DNA from: Eledone cirrhosa
Taxonomy: Eukaryota
Assembly: GCA_964016885.1 (NCBI GenBank)
Contig: OZ024741.1
Coordinates: forward strand, 75,764,001 to 75,828,000
Direction: 5' to 3'
Length of the DNA stretch: 64,000 bases
The notes beneath the pieces are model-generated. The model was not told the origin of the DNA and ran no database searches. It was given only the letters and a program-made list of their open reading frames with translations. The position numbers and the translations under genes are program-made. Positions 1-14,713 of the stretch are shown piece after piece. How positions within the stretch are numbered: the stretch's first letter is position 1; each line of letters begins with the position of its first letter.

Positions 1-261
1 CAGGCATCATACAGCCTGCCTTTCATTTTTAGGGAGAACCCTTTAGCGGCTAATAGTGGTATAAGCTCTCTGAACTTTTTCCATCCAGTTCTGACTCTAG
101 CTACTGTACTTTCAGAGCACCCTCCCCCACTGCTGATTTTGTCACCCAGGTAACGGAAGCTGTCCACTATTCCTATAGAACCCTCTGCGCAATTGAAAGA
201 GCTAGTATTCTGTGGGCACTTGCTGCTACTTATTGCACCAGAGCACCGGCCATGCGTAAAA
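1..261 (-). mobile_element. RTE LINE fragment (end of RT region), 5'-truncated at a (TA)n tract
   Basis: Reverse complement is near-identical to about 47653-47917 ([20 protein letters not shown]...GWKKFREL). Confidence 0.9.
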
Positions 262-413
262 TCTATATATATGTATATATATATATATGTATGTATATAT
301 ATATGTATATATATGTGTATATATATATGTATGTATATATATATGTATATATATATATATGTATATATATGTATGTATATATATATGTATATATATGTAT
401 ATATATATGTATG

Positions 414-446
<33 letters not shown>

Positions 447-478
447 GTATGTATATATATATATATATATGTATATAT

Positions 479-1102
479 ACAAATAATTTTGGAGATAATT
501 ATAAAGAATTAGTATATCTAGAAACTAATTAGTTGAGAGTGAAATTTAAGTAAGTTAATTTTATAATTTTCTTATTTTACGTCTCTCATATTATTGTTCT
601 GCAACCCCATGCATTGAACCACATAGTTACTAAGACAAAACCTATATATTTGCTAACATAAGTATGCATCTGTGTATATATATGTTACTAGATATACTAA
701 TTCTTTATAATTATCTCCAAAATTATTTGTCGAGCAAAAATGGCCAAGACTGCTGCTATAGTAGCAGTACGGCTGCTGTCTTACTAACAAACCACTATCC
801 ACTGATTGACCTCGATGTCACGTGATTGATTCTTTTGAATTTGCCACCGACGCAGTAGGCAGTGATTTTATCAATGGCTTGGAATTAGTCCTCGCTTTGC
901 TTTTTCCATCCACTGAATTATTTTTGTATAAGTTCCCTGTGTCCACGTATTGCCTGGAAACTTAGCTGAGAATAGACTTCCCTGATGACGAAAGGCTTCT
1001 CCGTGCGTTCTTCGGATAGTACGTTTAATCCCTTTCAGGAACTAATTAGTTGGGAGTGAAATTTAAGTAAGTAAGTTAATTTTATAATTTTCTTATTTTA
1101 CG

Positions 1103-1110
<8 letters not shown>
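479..1110. mobile_element. Small non-coding element with PLE pseudo-LTR-like direct and inverted repeats, flanked by (TA)n
   Basis: 479-521 is inverted at about 688-730; 523-590 is directly repeated at about 1040-1110. Confidence 0.5.
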
Positions 1111-1144
<34 letters not shown>

Positions 1145-1155
<11 letters not shown>

Positions 1156-1385
1156 TAAAAGCAAGTCGGTCTGTGTGTGTGTGTGTCTGTCTCTGTACAA
1201 ATACTAGGCTCCTTTTAAGATTTGAAGTACTAGGCCGATTTGGCACGTACTATTGAGGCGACCTCTCATTGGCTAGCTGACATAAGCTGACATGCACTCA
1301 GAAATTGCTAGCTAAGCCATAAACGACCTTGAACAATTCAGGCTGTCATTCATTTCCCGAGTAACGCCGGGTACATCTGCTAATG
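1145..1385 (+). mobile_element. Probable non-autonomous Helitron
   Basis: 5' tatataaaagcaagt followed by a ctgt/gt microsatellite; 3' hairpin cccgagtaacgccggg followed by ...ctgctaat (degenerate CTAG end). Confidence 0.5.
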
Positions 1386-1407
1386 TAGTGTATATATATA
1401 TATATAT

Positions 1408-2110
1408 ATGCGCATGAAAGACGACAGCTGTATAACAAAGTGCAGGGCAATAAAGATAGACGGTAGCCACGGAGTAGGCAGACCCAGAAAAACCTGGGAC
1501 GACATGATAAATTCCGACCTCACACGCTTACACCTCTCCAAGACAATGTCACTGGACCGAGACCTTTGGCGGTACTCAGTAATAGAGAAGACCCGCCTTA
1601 CCTAAATACAAAGTAAAACCTACTACAGTCAGTAGGCATCTCTAACAAAACACACCCCCGTCCCACCACCCCCACCACATCCACACCGCCCCTTTCAATG
1701 TAAAGTTATGTTAGTGCCACAACATATCCAGGCCGAAACAAATGAGATCGTGTAGGTGTCACGACAAAAAAACACACAGTCCACGCTGTAATGTGGCAGT
1801 GTAAGCAACACGGTAAAAACCTCCCAGCCCCACACTGTAAATGTGGTTGTTGTTAGGAAGGGCATCCAGCTGTAGAAAACCCGCCAGACAGTCCACGCTG
1901 TAATGTGGCCATGTAGGCAACACGGTAAAAACCTCCCAGCCCCACACTGTAAATGTGGTTGGTGTTAGGAAGGGCATCCAGCTGTAGAAAACCCGCCAGA
2001 CAGTCCTATGCGAGCAAGACAATCACTCTTGCCTCAAGTGGGAAAACCCCCGTCCAAACCCATGCAAGCGTGGAACACGGACGTTAAACGTTGATGATGA
2101 TGATGATGAT
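1408..2110 (+). mobile_element. RTE LINE 3' end with (GAT)n tail and a ~112-bp tandem duplication in the 3' UTR
   Basis: ORF end GRPRKTWDD...DRDLWR; near-identical to 48132-48722; tail at 2093-2110. Confidence 0.92.
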
Positions 2111-2111
2111 G

Positions 2112-2144
<33 letters not shown>

Positions 2145-2157
2145 GTATATGTATATA

Positions 2158-2223
<66 letters not shown>

Positions 2224-2229
<6 letters not shown>

Positions 2230-5050
2230 CATCATCATCATCATTTTACGTCTACTCTTCCCTGCTTGCAAAGGTGGGACGGCTCTTATTCAGCACAGCA
2301 TATCTCCACTTGTCACGGTCCTTCGTCATCTCCACCGTGAGCTTCAGCGATCTGAGGTCTGTTCTCACCACCTCCGCCCATGTTTTTCGTGGTCTACCTC
2401 TACCACGTCTTCCTTCAACTGGCATTTCCTGGCACTTCTTCACCCATCGGTCACCCTCCATGCGCATCACATGTCCATACCACCTCAGTCTCCTCTCTCG
2501 CACACTACATTCTATCCCTCTCAGACACAGTTTCTCTCTCAACACATTCATGCTGGGTCGTTCACGCACATTGACACTGCATATCCAACTTGCCTCATTT
2601 CTCTCCAGCCGTCGCATATCCTCTGCAGTTGCTGCCCATGTCTCATCACCATGCAGCATCACGCTCCTCACACAGGCATCATATAACCGGCCTTTCGTAC
2701 GCAGGGAGAAACCCTTCTTCGTCAGCAGAGGAAGCAGCTCCCTAAACTTCTTCCAACCCGTCCTTATTCTAGATACTATGGCCTCGGAACACCACCCTCC
2801 CATGCTAATCTGATCTCCTAGGTACCGGAAGCTATCCACCACTTCTATAGCACCCACCTGCATTTGAAAAATGTGTCGATCAATGCGACTTCTACTGTCT
2901 AATTTCCCTGTACATTTACTGAATACATATTTCTCCCTACCTGTTAGTTTGCCTGCTATCCCGCTACATCTCTTGTGTACCCAGGATCTGCATTGTGTGC
3001 ATTTTATAGAATTTATGCCAGTTCCTTTTCTGCATATCGAACATGGCCATTTCCCTGACGGAATCAGAGTTTTGTCCTCTTTTCTACTCATCAACACTTT
3101 TGTCTTAGTTAGGTTCACTTTCAGTCCTCTTGCTTCCAACTGCTGTTTCCATAGCCAGAATTTATTCTCTAGCTCCTCTACTGATTCTGCTATAAGAAAC
3201 AGATCGTCAGCATAGAGAAGTTCCCATGGACAGCCAGTCTTAAACTCCTCTGTTATGGCTTGGAGGACTGTAATGAACAAGAGCGAGCTGAGGACCGAAC
3301 CTTGATGTACTCCTACTTGTATCTGGAATTCCTCACTAAACTCCATTCCTACCCTGACTTTACTGACAGTACTTCTGTACAAAGTTTGCACTGTCCTCAC
3401 AAGCCATTCCTCAACACCTAGCTTCCTTAGGGACCACCAGATGACAGATCGGGGTACCCTATCAAAGGCCTTCTCTAGGTCAACAAAGGCTAAGTATAGT
3501 GGCTTATTCTTCTCTAAGAACCTCTCTTGCATTTGTCTCACCAAGAAGAGGGCATCTGTTGTACTCTTGCCAGGCACAAAACCAAACTGCATCTCATCTA
3601 GTTTGACCCTTTCTCTAATTAGTTGTGCTAAAATCCTTTCTGCCACTTTCATAACCTGATCTATCAGTTTTATACCCCTATAATCGCTCCTCTCCAAAGC
3701 ATCCCCTTTACCTTTGTAGCAATTTATGAGAATACTGCTGCACCAGTCTTTGGGTATGACACCACTATATATAGCCTGATTGATGATGCGTGCAACCAGT
3801 TTAGTGCCTACGTCCCCTGATGCCTTCAGCATCTCAGCAACTATTCCCGATGGTCCGGCCGCCTTACCATTTTTCATTTCCCTCTTGGACCCTATATTCG
3901 TCAATCTCAATAGCTGGTCCCTCTACCAAGGATAATTTCTCTCTCTCCCATTCGTTCTCCACATTCATCAGTCTCTCATAATGACATTTCCAGGCCTCCT
4001 TTTTCTGGTCATTCGTGACACTAAGTACACCGGCATCATCCCGGACACATTTATCTCCAACAACATCCTGATTTGCATTGACACACTGCCTTGCAATGTG
4101 GAACACCGCACGCCTCTGATCTTCCCGTCGCAGAACATTGGCAAACCTCCTACTCTCTGCCTCCCTGCGTGCTAAGTACACCTGACGTCTAGCTTCTCTC
4201 TTAGTGGCTGTATATTCTTCCCTACTCCCACCCTTTTTCCAAGCCTTCCATGCTAGTCTTTTGTCTCTAATAGCCTTATCTACTGTGCTGTTCCACCACC
4301 AGGTCACTCTCTGTCTGGTTGGAGCTCTGCTCCAGCCACAGGTTTCATCAGTAGCCTGCAGCAAGTTGTTACGTAAGAACTTCCAGTTATTATCTATGTC
4401 ATACGTCTCTAAATCGTCTTCTTTTTCGTCATATACATCTTGAAGGGCTTTCCTAAATTTGTATTTTAGTGAAAGGTCTTTTAGCTTCCAGACCTTTCTT
4501 CTCCACACCTTCCTATATGTCTCATTCCATCTCTTGCTTACTGAGATATCACTAACAACTAACCTATGCTGTGGGACACATTCTTCCCCAGGGTATGCCT
4601 TGGTATTAGACACTATCTGCCTGTCCCGCTGCCTAACTAGCAGGAAGTCAATCTGGCTTATGTGCTCACCAGATTTGTAGGTTATTAGGTGATTGGCAGG
4701 TTTCTGGAAGTTTGTGTTGCAAATAGTCAATGTACTCGCATCACAAAATTCAAGAAGTCTCACTCCTTCTTCATTTCTTGAACCGTAACCGTGCCCACCA
4801 TGTACCCCAGTGTAACCATCCTGGAGCTGTCCAACATGACCATTGAAGTCTCCTGCTAGCATAATGATGTCTCCGTCCTCTGTCATTGTGGTTGTTTGCA
4901 AAAGTTGCTCATAAAAGCAGTCTTTCTCATCTTTGCCTAGGCCTGCTTGGGGAGCATAGACCGAGATGATTGTCAGTAGTCTCCTACCTACAACTAATCT
5001 AAGCTTAATTATTCGATTACTAACTCGAACTACCTCTATTGTTTTATTGA
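2224..5050 (-). mobile_element. RTE LINE (APE endonuclease + RT), 5'-truncated and frameshifted, very short 3' UTR
   Basis: ORF 3864-4901 has GDFNGHVG, QIDFLL and QHRLVV; ORF 2252-3910 has FVDLEKAFDRV, GVHQGS, YADD and GRPRKTW; (GAT)n tail at 2225-2243. Confidence 0.95.
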
Positions 5051-5172
5051 TATATATATATATATTACCGGCAGTACTGATACAAAATCAAAATCATGTC
5101 AACTGTTGACTTTTCCCAGTCCAGTCCAGTTCAGTTTTTATATAATAATAATAATAATTGTTTGCTTTACGC

Positions 5173-5539
5173 TGGTGATGGTGGTGGTGGATGGTGTCAG
5201 TGATGGTGATGGTGGTGGTGGTGGTGGTGGTAGTGGTGGAGGTGAAGGTGGTGGATAGTGTCAGTGATGGTGGTGGTGGATAGTGACTGATAGTGGCGAT
5301 GGTGGTGGTGGTGGATGGTGCCAGTGATGGTGGTGGTGGTAGTAGTGAAGGTGGTGGATGGTGTCAGTGATGGTGGTGATGGCGGTGGTGGTGAATGGTG
5401 CCAGTGATGGTGGTGGTGGATGATGTCAGTGATGGTGGTGGCAGTTGTTGTTGCTGTCGTTATTGTTGTTGTTGTTGCTGTTGTAGTTGTAGTTGCTGTT
5501 GTTGTTGCTGCTGCTGCAGACAAAGGTGTTGTTGCTGTT

Positions 5540-5540
<1 letters not shown>
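5173..5540. repeat. Compound (GGT/GAT)n and (GTT)n microsatellite
   Basis: Direct reading. Confidence 0.9.
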
Positions 5541-6935
<1,395 letters not shown>

Positions 6936-7149
6936 TTGACCTGTTTAGCTTGATTTGCTTTTTGGCTTAGGTGGTTGATGCTTTTTGACCACTATTTCAG
7001 TTTTGTATGGCCTCTTAACATATTTTTTAGCTCTGGTTTTTAACTATAGAGCGCTTGCCAGCATTATTTCTGATTTTTGCATTTCGTTTCGCCTTTTCTA
7101 CCCGCCGAAATACGCTCCTCGCTAAATCTATATTTATATATATATACAT

Positions 7150-7580
7150 ATATATTTATATACATATATAAGGAAAAAAGATGAAATCGAAAATGCAACT
7201 GGAGTTATTTTTTAAAATATATATATATTTATTTGGTTCCTTTACCGGTTTCGCAGTTCTTCTGCTTTTTAAAAGTAGAGTTGTGAGATGGAGGTTTTTC
7301 TCACATCTGGTTGGTCTTTGAATGTTACTTCTGTTTTATATGGAAAAAAGTGGCTCGAAATGCCATGTTTTAGAAAAGTAATTTAATTGGTTGGTGAATA
7401 AGTATAATAAATTTCGCGCCAGTCCACTTTACAAAGTTCTACAAACAAAGGGGGGGTCAAGTTGTTTTTTCATATATGAGTGAAGTTTGGTTGGATGATG
7501 CAGTCACGTGAATAAGCACATCAGCTTTCACGCCAGTTTGTGTTTGAATTTCTTTTTACTTAAAAAAAAGTGGCTCACGA
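7150..7580 (-). mobile_element. Diverged copy of the HHR-bearing element at 20349 and 57598
   Basis: Shares gatgaaatcgaaaatgcaactg...ggttcctttaccggtttcgcagttcttctgc. Confidence 0.7.
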
Positions 7581-8960
7581 AGGCTATGAATATAGTGAAG
7601 AATTTAGCGTAAAAGTAGGTGTTCATCAAGGCTCTGTCCTTAGCCCCCTACTGTTTATTATTGCTTTTTAGGCCATAACAGAGAAGTTTAAGACTGGCTG
7701 CCCATGGGAACTTCTACATGCAGGTGATCTAACTCGCATAGCTGAATCTATGGCTGAACTAGAGGAGAAATTCCAAACATGGAAGCATGGCCTAGAATCA
7801 AAAGGCCTTAAAGTTAACTTGTCTAAGACTAAAGTTCTAGTATGTAGAAAGGAAAATAGGGCACAGTTGCCCTCTGGGAAATGGCCATGCTCAGTGTGTA
7901 GGAAAAGAGTAGGTAGAAATTCCATTCTATGCCCCAAATGCAAACTATGGGTACATAAAAGATGTAGTGGGATCACAGGCAAGCTATCTAAGAACGTAGT
8001 AGTCGTACGCAATAAGTAGCAAGTGCCCACAGGATACTAGCTCCTTCTACTGCCCAGATAGTTCTATAGAAATAGTGGACACTTTCCGTTACCTGGGTGA
8101 CAAAATCAACAGTGGTGGAGGGTGCTCTGAAAGTACAGTAGCCAGAGTTAGAACAGGATGGAAAAAGTTCAGAGAGCTTATACCGCTATTGACCACAAAA
8201 GGTTTCTCTCTAAGCAGATTGTATGATGCTTGTATATGAACAGCAATGTTACATGGCAGTGAGACATGGGCATTACGTGCAGAGGACCTGCGCAGACTGG
8301 AAAGGAACGAAGCATGCATGCTCCGTTGGATGTGTAATAGTAATATACACAAACGGCAAAACATAAACAAACTAAGTGAGAAATTAGGAATAAGAGGGAT
8401 CAGATGCTGTTTACTTGAGAGAAGATTACGTTGGTATGGTCATGTGATGCGCATGAGAGATGACAGCTGTATAAAAAAGTGCAGGGCGATCAAAATTGAT
8501 GGAAGTTATGGAGTAGGTAGACCCAGAAAAACCTGGGATGACAGGATAAAATCCGAACTTGCACACTTACACCTTTCAGCACCACACAGTATTACAGAAG
8601 ACCCGCCTTCCCTTCGTGCAAAGTTAAGGTTAGGCCCTTCCTAACCAAATATACACCCCAACCCACTGCCCCTACTCCATCTTTCCACTCCCACCAACAG
8701 CACCCTTTCTCTATAAAGCTATGTTGGTACCACAACATCCAGTCCAAACTAAAGAGGTTGTGTCGGTGTCACAACAAAAAAACACACAGTCCACGCTGTG
8801 ATGTGGTCATGTAGGTAACACGGTAAAAAGCTCCCAGCCCACACTGTAAATGTGGTTAGTGTTAGGAAGGGCATCCAGCTATAGAAAACCTGCCAGATAG
8901 TCCTATATGAGCGATGCACGGTCACCCGATCAATCTTGACTCAAGTGGAACAATTCCCAT
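7581..8960 (+). mobile_element. Degenerate RTE LINE 3' half
   Basis: GVHQGS, CPWELL, WPCSVC...HKRC and GRPRKTW fragments with stops and deletions; RTE 3' UTR. Confidence 0.9.
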
Positions 8961-9004
8961 CTACATATTTATATATATATATACATAATATATATATACA
9001 TATA

Positions 9005-9076
<72 letters not shown>

Positions 9077-9078
9077 TA

Positions 9079-9153
<75 letters not shown>

Positions 9154-9157
<4 letters not shown>

Positions 9158-11772
9158 CACGGTCAGAAATAGACAAGCCCGGAAACAGAGGCCAACCTGG
9201 AGAAGAAAGATCTGGAAGCTGAAAGTCCCCTCAACCAGTAACAGATTTAAAAATATTTTACTCAACGCCTACGACAGTAAAGAAGAACAGATAGAAACAT
9301 TTAATGTAGAAGAGAACTGGGAGTTCCTAAAAAATAATTTACTAGAGGCGACGGATGAGGTCTGTGGCTGGAGTAAGACCTCAAGCAGGAGGAGAGTGAC
9401 TTGGTGGTGGAACAATAAGGTAGATGAAGCAGTTAAGGCCAAGAGACAGGCATGGAAAGAATGGAAGAATGGCGGGAGCAGGGTACATTACATAGAGACC
9501 AAGAGGGAAGCTAGGCGACAAGTATACTTAGCTAGGAGGGAAGCATAGGATAGAAAATTCAAACATGTTTTGCAACGTGAGGACCAGAAACAGGAGGTAT
9601 TCAAGATTGCGAGGCAGTGTGTCAGAGATAGTTGTGATGTCATTGGAGAGAAGTGTATCCAGAATGATAAAGGTGAGCTTGCCCTCACAAGTGCTGAGAA
9701 GAAAGATGCATAGAAGAGTCATTATGATAGATTACTAAATGAGGAGAATGCATGGGAAGAAGAGACCATACCCCAAGTAGACCCTATAGAGGGACCAGCA
9801 GTACAAGTCAGCAGCAGCGTAGTAAGTAAGGCAATCAAAGATATGAAGATGGGGAAGGCAACCGGTCCATCGGGTATAGCTGCCGAGATGCTGAAGGCAT
9901 CTGGGTCTGTAGGTCACACTATAACCACACGTATTGTTAACCAGGTAATACTAGAAGGTGTCATACCAAAAGATTGGTGCAGTAGCATCATTGTCAACTG
10001 CTACAAAGGTAAAGGCGATGCACTAGATAGAGGAAACTATAGAGGAATAAAGTTGATGGACCAGGTCATGAAAGTAACAGAAAGAGTTATAGCACAGCTG
10101 ATTAGGGACCGGGTGAAAATAGACGAGATGCAATTTGGGTTTGTACCAGGAAGAGGCACCACTGATGCCCTCTTCCTTGTGAGGCAATTACAGGAAAAGT
10201 ACCTAGCTAAAAGTAAGCCACTCTACTTGGCATTTGTCGACCTTGAGAAAGCCTTTGACAGAGTTCCACGTGCTGTAATCTGGTGGGCTCTTAGAAAACT
10301 AGGAGTAGATGAATGGCTTGTGAAAGCGGTACAAGCCATGTATAGGGGAGCAGTCAGCAAAGTTAGGATTAGCAATGAGTATAGCGAGGAATTTAGCGTA
10401 CAGGTTGGTGTACACCGGGGCTCTGTTCTTAGCCCTCTCCTGTTCATCATAGTCCTGCAGGCAATAACGGAGGAGTTTAAGACCGGATGCCCATGGGAAC
10501 TCTTGTATGCTGATGACCTCGCACTCATAGCTGAATCTATGGTAGAACTAGAGAATAAATTCCAAACTTGGAAGCAAGGACTAGAAAGAAAGGGTCTCAA
10601 AGTCAACATGACTAAGACTAAGGTCCTTGTAAGTAGACGAGAAAACAGAACCCAGATCCCCTCAGGGAAATGGCCTTGCTCAGTATGTAGGAAAGGTGTA
10701 GGTAGGAACTCCATTCTCTGCCCCAAATGCAAACAATGGGTACACAAGAGATGTAGCGGGATCTCAGGAAGCTTAATTAAGAATGTAGGATTCACATGCA
10801 GCAGCTGTGCTGAGACAGCAAGCAGCAAACAGCCACAGGAAACAAGTACCACCAATCTCTGGGAGGGCCCTGTAGAAACAGTAGACAGCTTCTGCTACCT
10901 AGGTGACCGAATTAGCAGCGGAGGTGGGTGTTCAGAAGGTACAATAACTAGGGTAAGAACGGGATGGAAGAAGTTTAGGGAACTACTACCACTGCTAGCT
11001 GCAAAAGGCTTCTCCCTCAGAATGAAAGGCAGACTGTATGATGCGTGTATCCGAACAACGATGTTGCATGGTAGTGAGACCTGGGTGCTGAAGGTGGAAG
11101 ACTTACGGAGATTAGAGAGAAACGAAGCCTGCCTGCTCCGATGGATGTGTAACAGTAATATACGTGAACGACAAAGCATAAATGAATTTAGAGAGAGACT
11201 GAGCATAAGAGGAATCAAATGCTGTGTGCAGGAGAGGCGGTTGCGCTGGTATGGACATGTGATGCGTATGAAGGATGACAGCTGCATAAAAAGGTGCAGA
11301 GCACTAGAAGTTGATGGAAACAGTGGAGTGGGGAGACCCAAGATGACCTGGGATGAGGTGATAAAAGCCGACCTTACCCAATTACACCTCTCAAAGACAA
11401 TGACACACGACCGTGACTTCTGGCGTCACGCAGTAATACAGAGTACCCGACCTCCCATGGGTACAAGCTGAAGCATATAGACAATATGACCCCACACCCC
11501 CCACCGCAAGGTGGTCGTGGAGGTGCCACGGCAAAAAAGCACCCAGCCCACACTGTAAAGTGGACGTGTAGACGCCACGAAAAAGCACCCAGCACCCACT
11601 GTAAATGAGGTTGGTGTTAAGAAGGGCATCCAGCTGTAGAAATCAAGCCAAATCAGTTCCTGTATGAGCAAGGCATGGTCAGCCGACCAGACACTGCCCA
11701 CAACAGGACAACCCGTCTAACCCATGCTAGCGTGGAAGAACGGACGTAAAACGGTGATGATGATGATGATGA

Positions 11773-11776
<4 letters not shown>
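9154..11776 (+). mobile_element. RTE LINE, 5'-truncated, with intact RT to C-terminus
   Basis: Upstream part has premature TAG stops; (GAT)n tail at about 11755-11776; (TA)n on both sides. Confidence 0.95.
9843..11471 (+). CDS. RTE ORF remnant: reverse transcriptase with embedded PHD-type C4HC3 finger (542 aa)
   Basis: YRGIKL, QFGF, FVDLEKAFD, YADD, CSVC-x10-CPKC-x4-H-x2-C-x14-CSSC, FCYLG. Confidence 0.85.
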   Translation: MKMGKATGPSGIAAEMLKASGSVGHTITTRIVNQVILEGVIPKDWCSSIIVNCYKGKGDALDRGNYRGIKLMDQVMKVTERVIAQLIRDRVKIDEMQFGFVPGRGTTDALFLVRQLQEKYLAKSKPLYLAFVDLEKAFDRVPRAVIWWALRKLGVDEWLVKAVQAMYRGAVSKVRISNEYSEEFSVQVGVHRGSVLSPLLFIIVLQAITEEFKTGCPWELLYADDLALIAESMVELENKFQTWKQGLERKGLKVNMTKTKVLVSRRENRTQIPSGKWPCSVCRKGVGRNSILCPKCKQWVHKRCSGISGSLIKNVGFTCSSCAETASSKQPQETSTTNLWEGPVETVDSFCYLGDRISSGGGCSEGTITRVRTGWKKFRELLPLLAAKGFSLRMKGRLYDACIRTTMLHGSETWVLKVEDLRRLERNEACLLRWMCNSNIRERQSINEFRERLSIRGIKCCVQERRLRWYGHVMRMKDDSCIKRCRALEVDGNSGVGRPKMTWDEVIKADLTQLHLSKTMTHDRDFWRHAVIQSTRPPMGTS

Positions 11777-11839
<63 letters not shown>

Positions 11840-12070
11840 TATAGAAGATTATATTAATAAAAGGAATTCCAACTTTGTCTGATTTACTCGTTTTATTTAC
11901 AATCCTTTCAAATTTATAATGGTATTAGAATGAAATAGTATGGTAGAATATTAAATGTTAAGTGTTAATTGAACAAGTACTTTCATGCTTTCGCAATTTT
12001 TTGGTTCATATTCTGTGGTGACAGTCAAGTTTGCAATTTTCAACAATATATATACATATATATATATATA

Positions 12071-13860
12071 TCATCATCATCATCATCATCATCGTTTAAC
12101 GTCCATCTTCCACACTTGGAAGGGAATTGGACGGCAATTTTCCCACTTGAGGCAAGATTGGTTGTCTTGCTCGTAGAGGACTGTCTGGCGGGTTTTCTAC
12201 GGCTGGATGCCCTTCCTAACACCAACCACATTTACAGTGTGGACTGGGAGGTTTTTACCGTGTTACCTACATGGCCACATTACAGCGTGGACTGTGTGTT
12301 TTTTTGTTGTGACACCTACAAGACCTCATTTATTTCGGACTGAATGGTGTGGTACCAACATAACTTTATATCGAAAGGGGTGGTGTGGATGGGGTGGGGG
12401 TAGTGGGATGGGGTGTATTTTAGTTAAGAGGTGCCTACTGACTGTAGGTTTTGCTTTGCACTTAGGCAAGGCGGGTCTTCTGTATCACTGCGTAGCGCCA
12501 AAGATCTCGGTCCAGTGACATTGTCTTGGAGAAGTGTAAGTGTGTGAGGTCGGAATTTATCAAGTCGTCCCAGGTTTTTCTGGGTCTGCCTACTCCGTGG
12601 CTACCATCTAATTTGATCGCCTTGCACTTTTTTATACAGCTGTCGTCTTTCATGCTCATCACATGACCATACCAACGTAGTCTTCTCTCGAGTAAACAGC
12701 ATCTGATCCCTCTTATTCATAATTTCTCACTTAGTTCATTTATGCTTTGCCTTTCACGTATATTACTATTACACATCCAATGGAACATGCAAGCTTCGTT
12801 CCTCTCCAGTCTGCGTATATCCTCTGCACACAATGCCCAAGTCTCACTGCCACGTAACATTGCTGTTCGTATGCAGGCATCATACAGCCTGCCTTTCATT
12901 TTTAGGGAAAACCCTTTAGCGGCTAATAGTGGTATAAACTCTCTGAACTTTTTCCATCCAGTTGTGACTCTAGCTACTGTACTTTCAGAGCACCCTCCCC
13001 CACTGCTGATTTTATCACCCAGGTAACGGAAGCTGTCCACTATTTCTATAGAACCCTCTGCGCAATTGAAAGAGCTAGTATTCTGTGGGCACTTGCTGCT
13101 ACTTATTGCACCAGAGCACCGGCCACACGTAAAATCTATATATATGTATATATATATACATGTATGTATATATATATGAGCACTGGCCACATATAAAATC
13201 TATATTCTTAGTTAGCTTACCTGTGATCCCACTACATCTTTTATGCACCCATACTTTCCATTTGGGACATAAAATGGAGTTTCTGCCTACTCCTTTCCTA
13301 CACACTGAGCATGGCCATTTCCCAGATGGGACCAATGCCCTATTTTCCTTCCTACATACTAGAACTTTAGTCTTAGACAGTTTATTTTAAGGCCTTTTGA
13401 TTCTAGGCCATGCTTTCATGTTTGGAATTTCTTCTCTAGTTCAGCTATTGATTCAGCTATAAGCATTAGATCATCAGCGTATAGGAGTTCCCATGGGCAG
13501 CCGGTCTTGAACTCCTCTGTTATAGCCTGGAGGGCAATAATAAATAGGAGGGGACTAAGGACGGAGCCCTGATGAACACCAACTTTTACGCTAAACTCTT
13601 CACTATATTCGTTGTTAATTCTAACCTTGCTGACTGTTTCTTTATACATGGCTTATATAGCTCTCACAAGCCATTCATCAACACCTAGTTTTCTGAGAGC
13701 CCACCAGATAATGGGGCTTGGGACTCTGTCAAAGGCTTTCTCCAAGTCAACAAAAGCCAAGTATAGGGGTTTACTTTTAGCTAGGTACTTCTCCTGTAGT
13801 TGTCGTACACTGAAAAGAGCGTCTGTGGTACTTTTACCTGACACAAACCCCAACTGCATA
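12071..13860 (-). mobile_element. RTE LINE 3' half, interrupted by a short TA-rich insert at about 13141-13177
   Basis: ORF fragments with QLGFVSG, YADD, WPCSVC and GRPRKTW; (CAT)n on the + strand at 12071-12093. Confidence 0.93.
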
Positions 13861-13929
13861 TAAATATATATATATATGTATAATAAAGTTAAATAAAAGT
13901 CAAATGATTAAAATTTAGCTTCGTTTATT

Positions 13930-13984
13930 ACTGCTATATATATTTCAGTGACAGCCATCTTTGGCTGTGACCTCTTCAGGCAGT
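13930..13984 (-). ncRNA. Minimal type I hammerhead ribozyme (inverted-arm copy)
   Basis: Reverse-complement copy of 14307-14361 (loop II aaga instead of atga). Confidence 0.8.
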
Positions 13985-14306
13985 TTGAATTAGTATGGTA
14001 TAGAAAAGTACATATGTTGTTTAGGTGTATATTGCCAATACTCTGATATGCCCAGTTCCTTGTTGGGTTGTTAATTCACTGAGGAACTGGAGTCATATGA
14101 ATTCAAACAAACGAATTTCAGTGTCAAAGGTAACTGACCAATGAGAGGAGAAGGGGACCTTTGACACTGAAATTCGTTTGTTTGAATTCATATGACTCCA
14201 GTTCCTCAGTGAATTAACAACCCAACAAGGAACTGGGCATATCAGAGTATTGACAATATTATACACCTAAACAACATATGTACTTGTCTATACCATACTA
14301 ATTCAA

Positions 14307-14361
14307 ACTGCCTGAAGAGGTCACAGCCAATGATGGCTGTCACTGAAATATATATAGCAGT
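14307..14361 (+). ncRNA. Minimal type I hammerhead ribozyme
   Basis: actgc-CTGAAGA-ggtcacagcca(atga)tggctgtcact-GAAA-TATATA-TA-gcagt; stems I and II pair. Confidence 0.82.
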
Positions 14362-14501
14362 AATAAACGAAGCTAAATTTTAAACATTTGACTTTTTATT
14401 TTATTTTACATTATTCCGGAGTAACCAAACCAACCTGCGCACTTCGTCAAGTGCGCCAATCTGCATACTGTGGTGTTGGTATACAACCAACATATACTAA
14501 A

Positions 14502-14532
<31 letters not shown>

Positions 14533-14713
14533 TATTTATTTATGTGTAGATATATATAAATATATATATATATATATGTATATATGTATATATATATATA
14601 TATGTATATGTATATATATATATGTATATATATGTATATATATACATATATATGTATATATAATTAAAAAATAACAGGAGACTGGACGGGTGTAAATCCT
14701 TGAAAGGTTTATT

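Larger units (their letters stand above)
13895..14500. mobile_element. Fold-back PLE-type pseudo-LTR element with two opposing HHRs
   Basis: Arms at about 13895-14130 and 14158-14396 are inverted copies; same family as 44452-44950. Confidence 0.8.

Noticed and set aside
976-1042. Hammerhead at cctgatgacgaaa
   Set aside because: The adjacent GAAA leaves no stem II, and the alternative parse lacks GAAA and stem III; at most a decayed remnant
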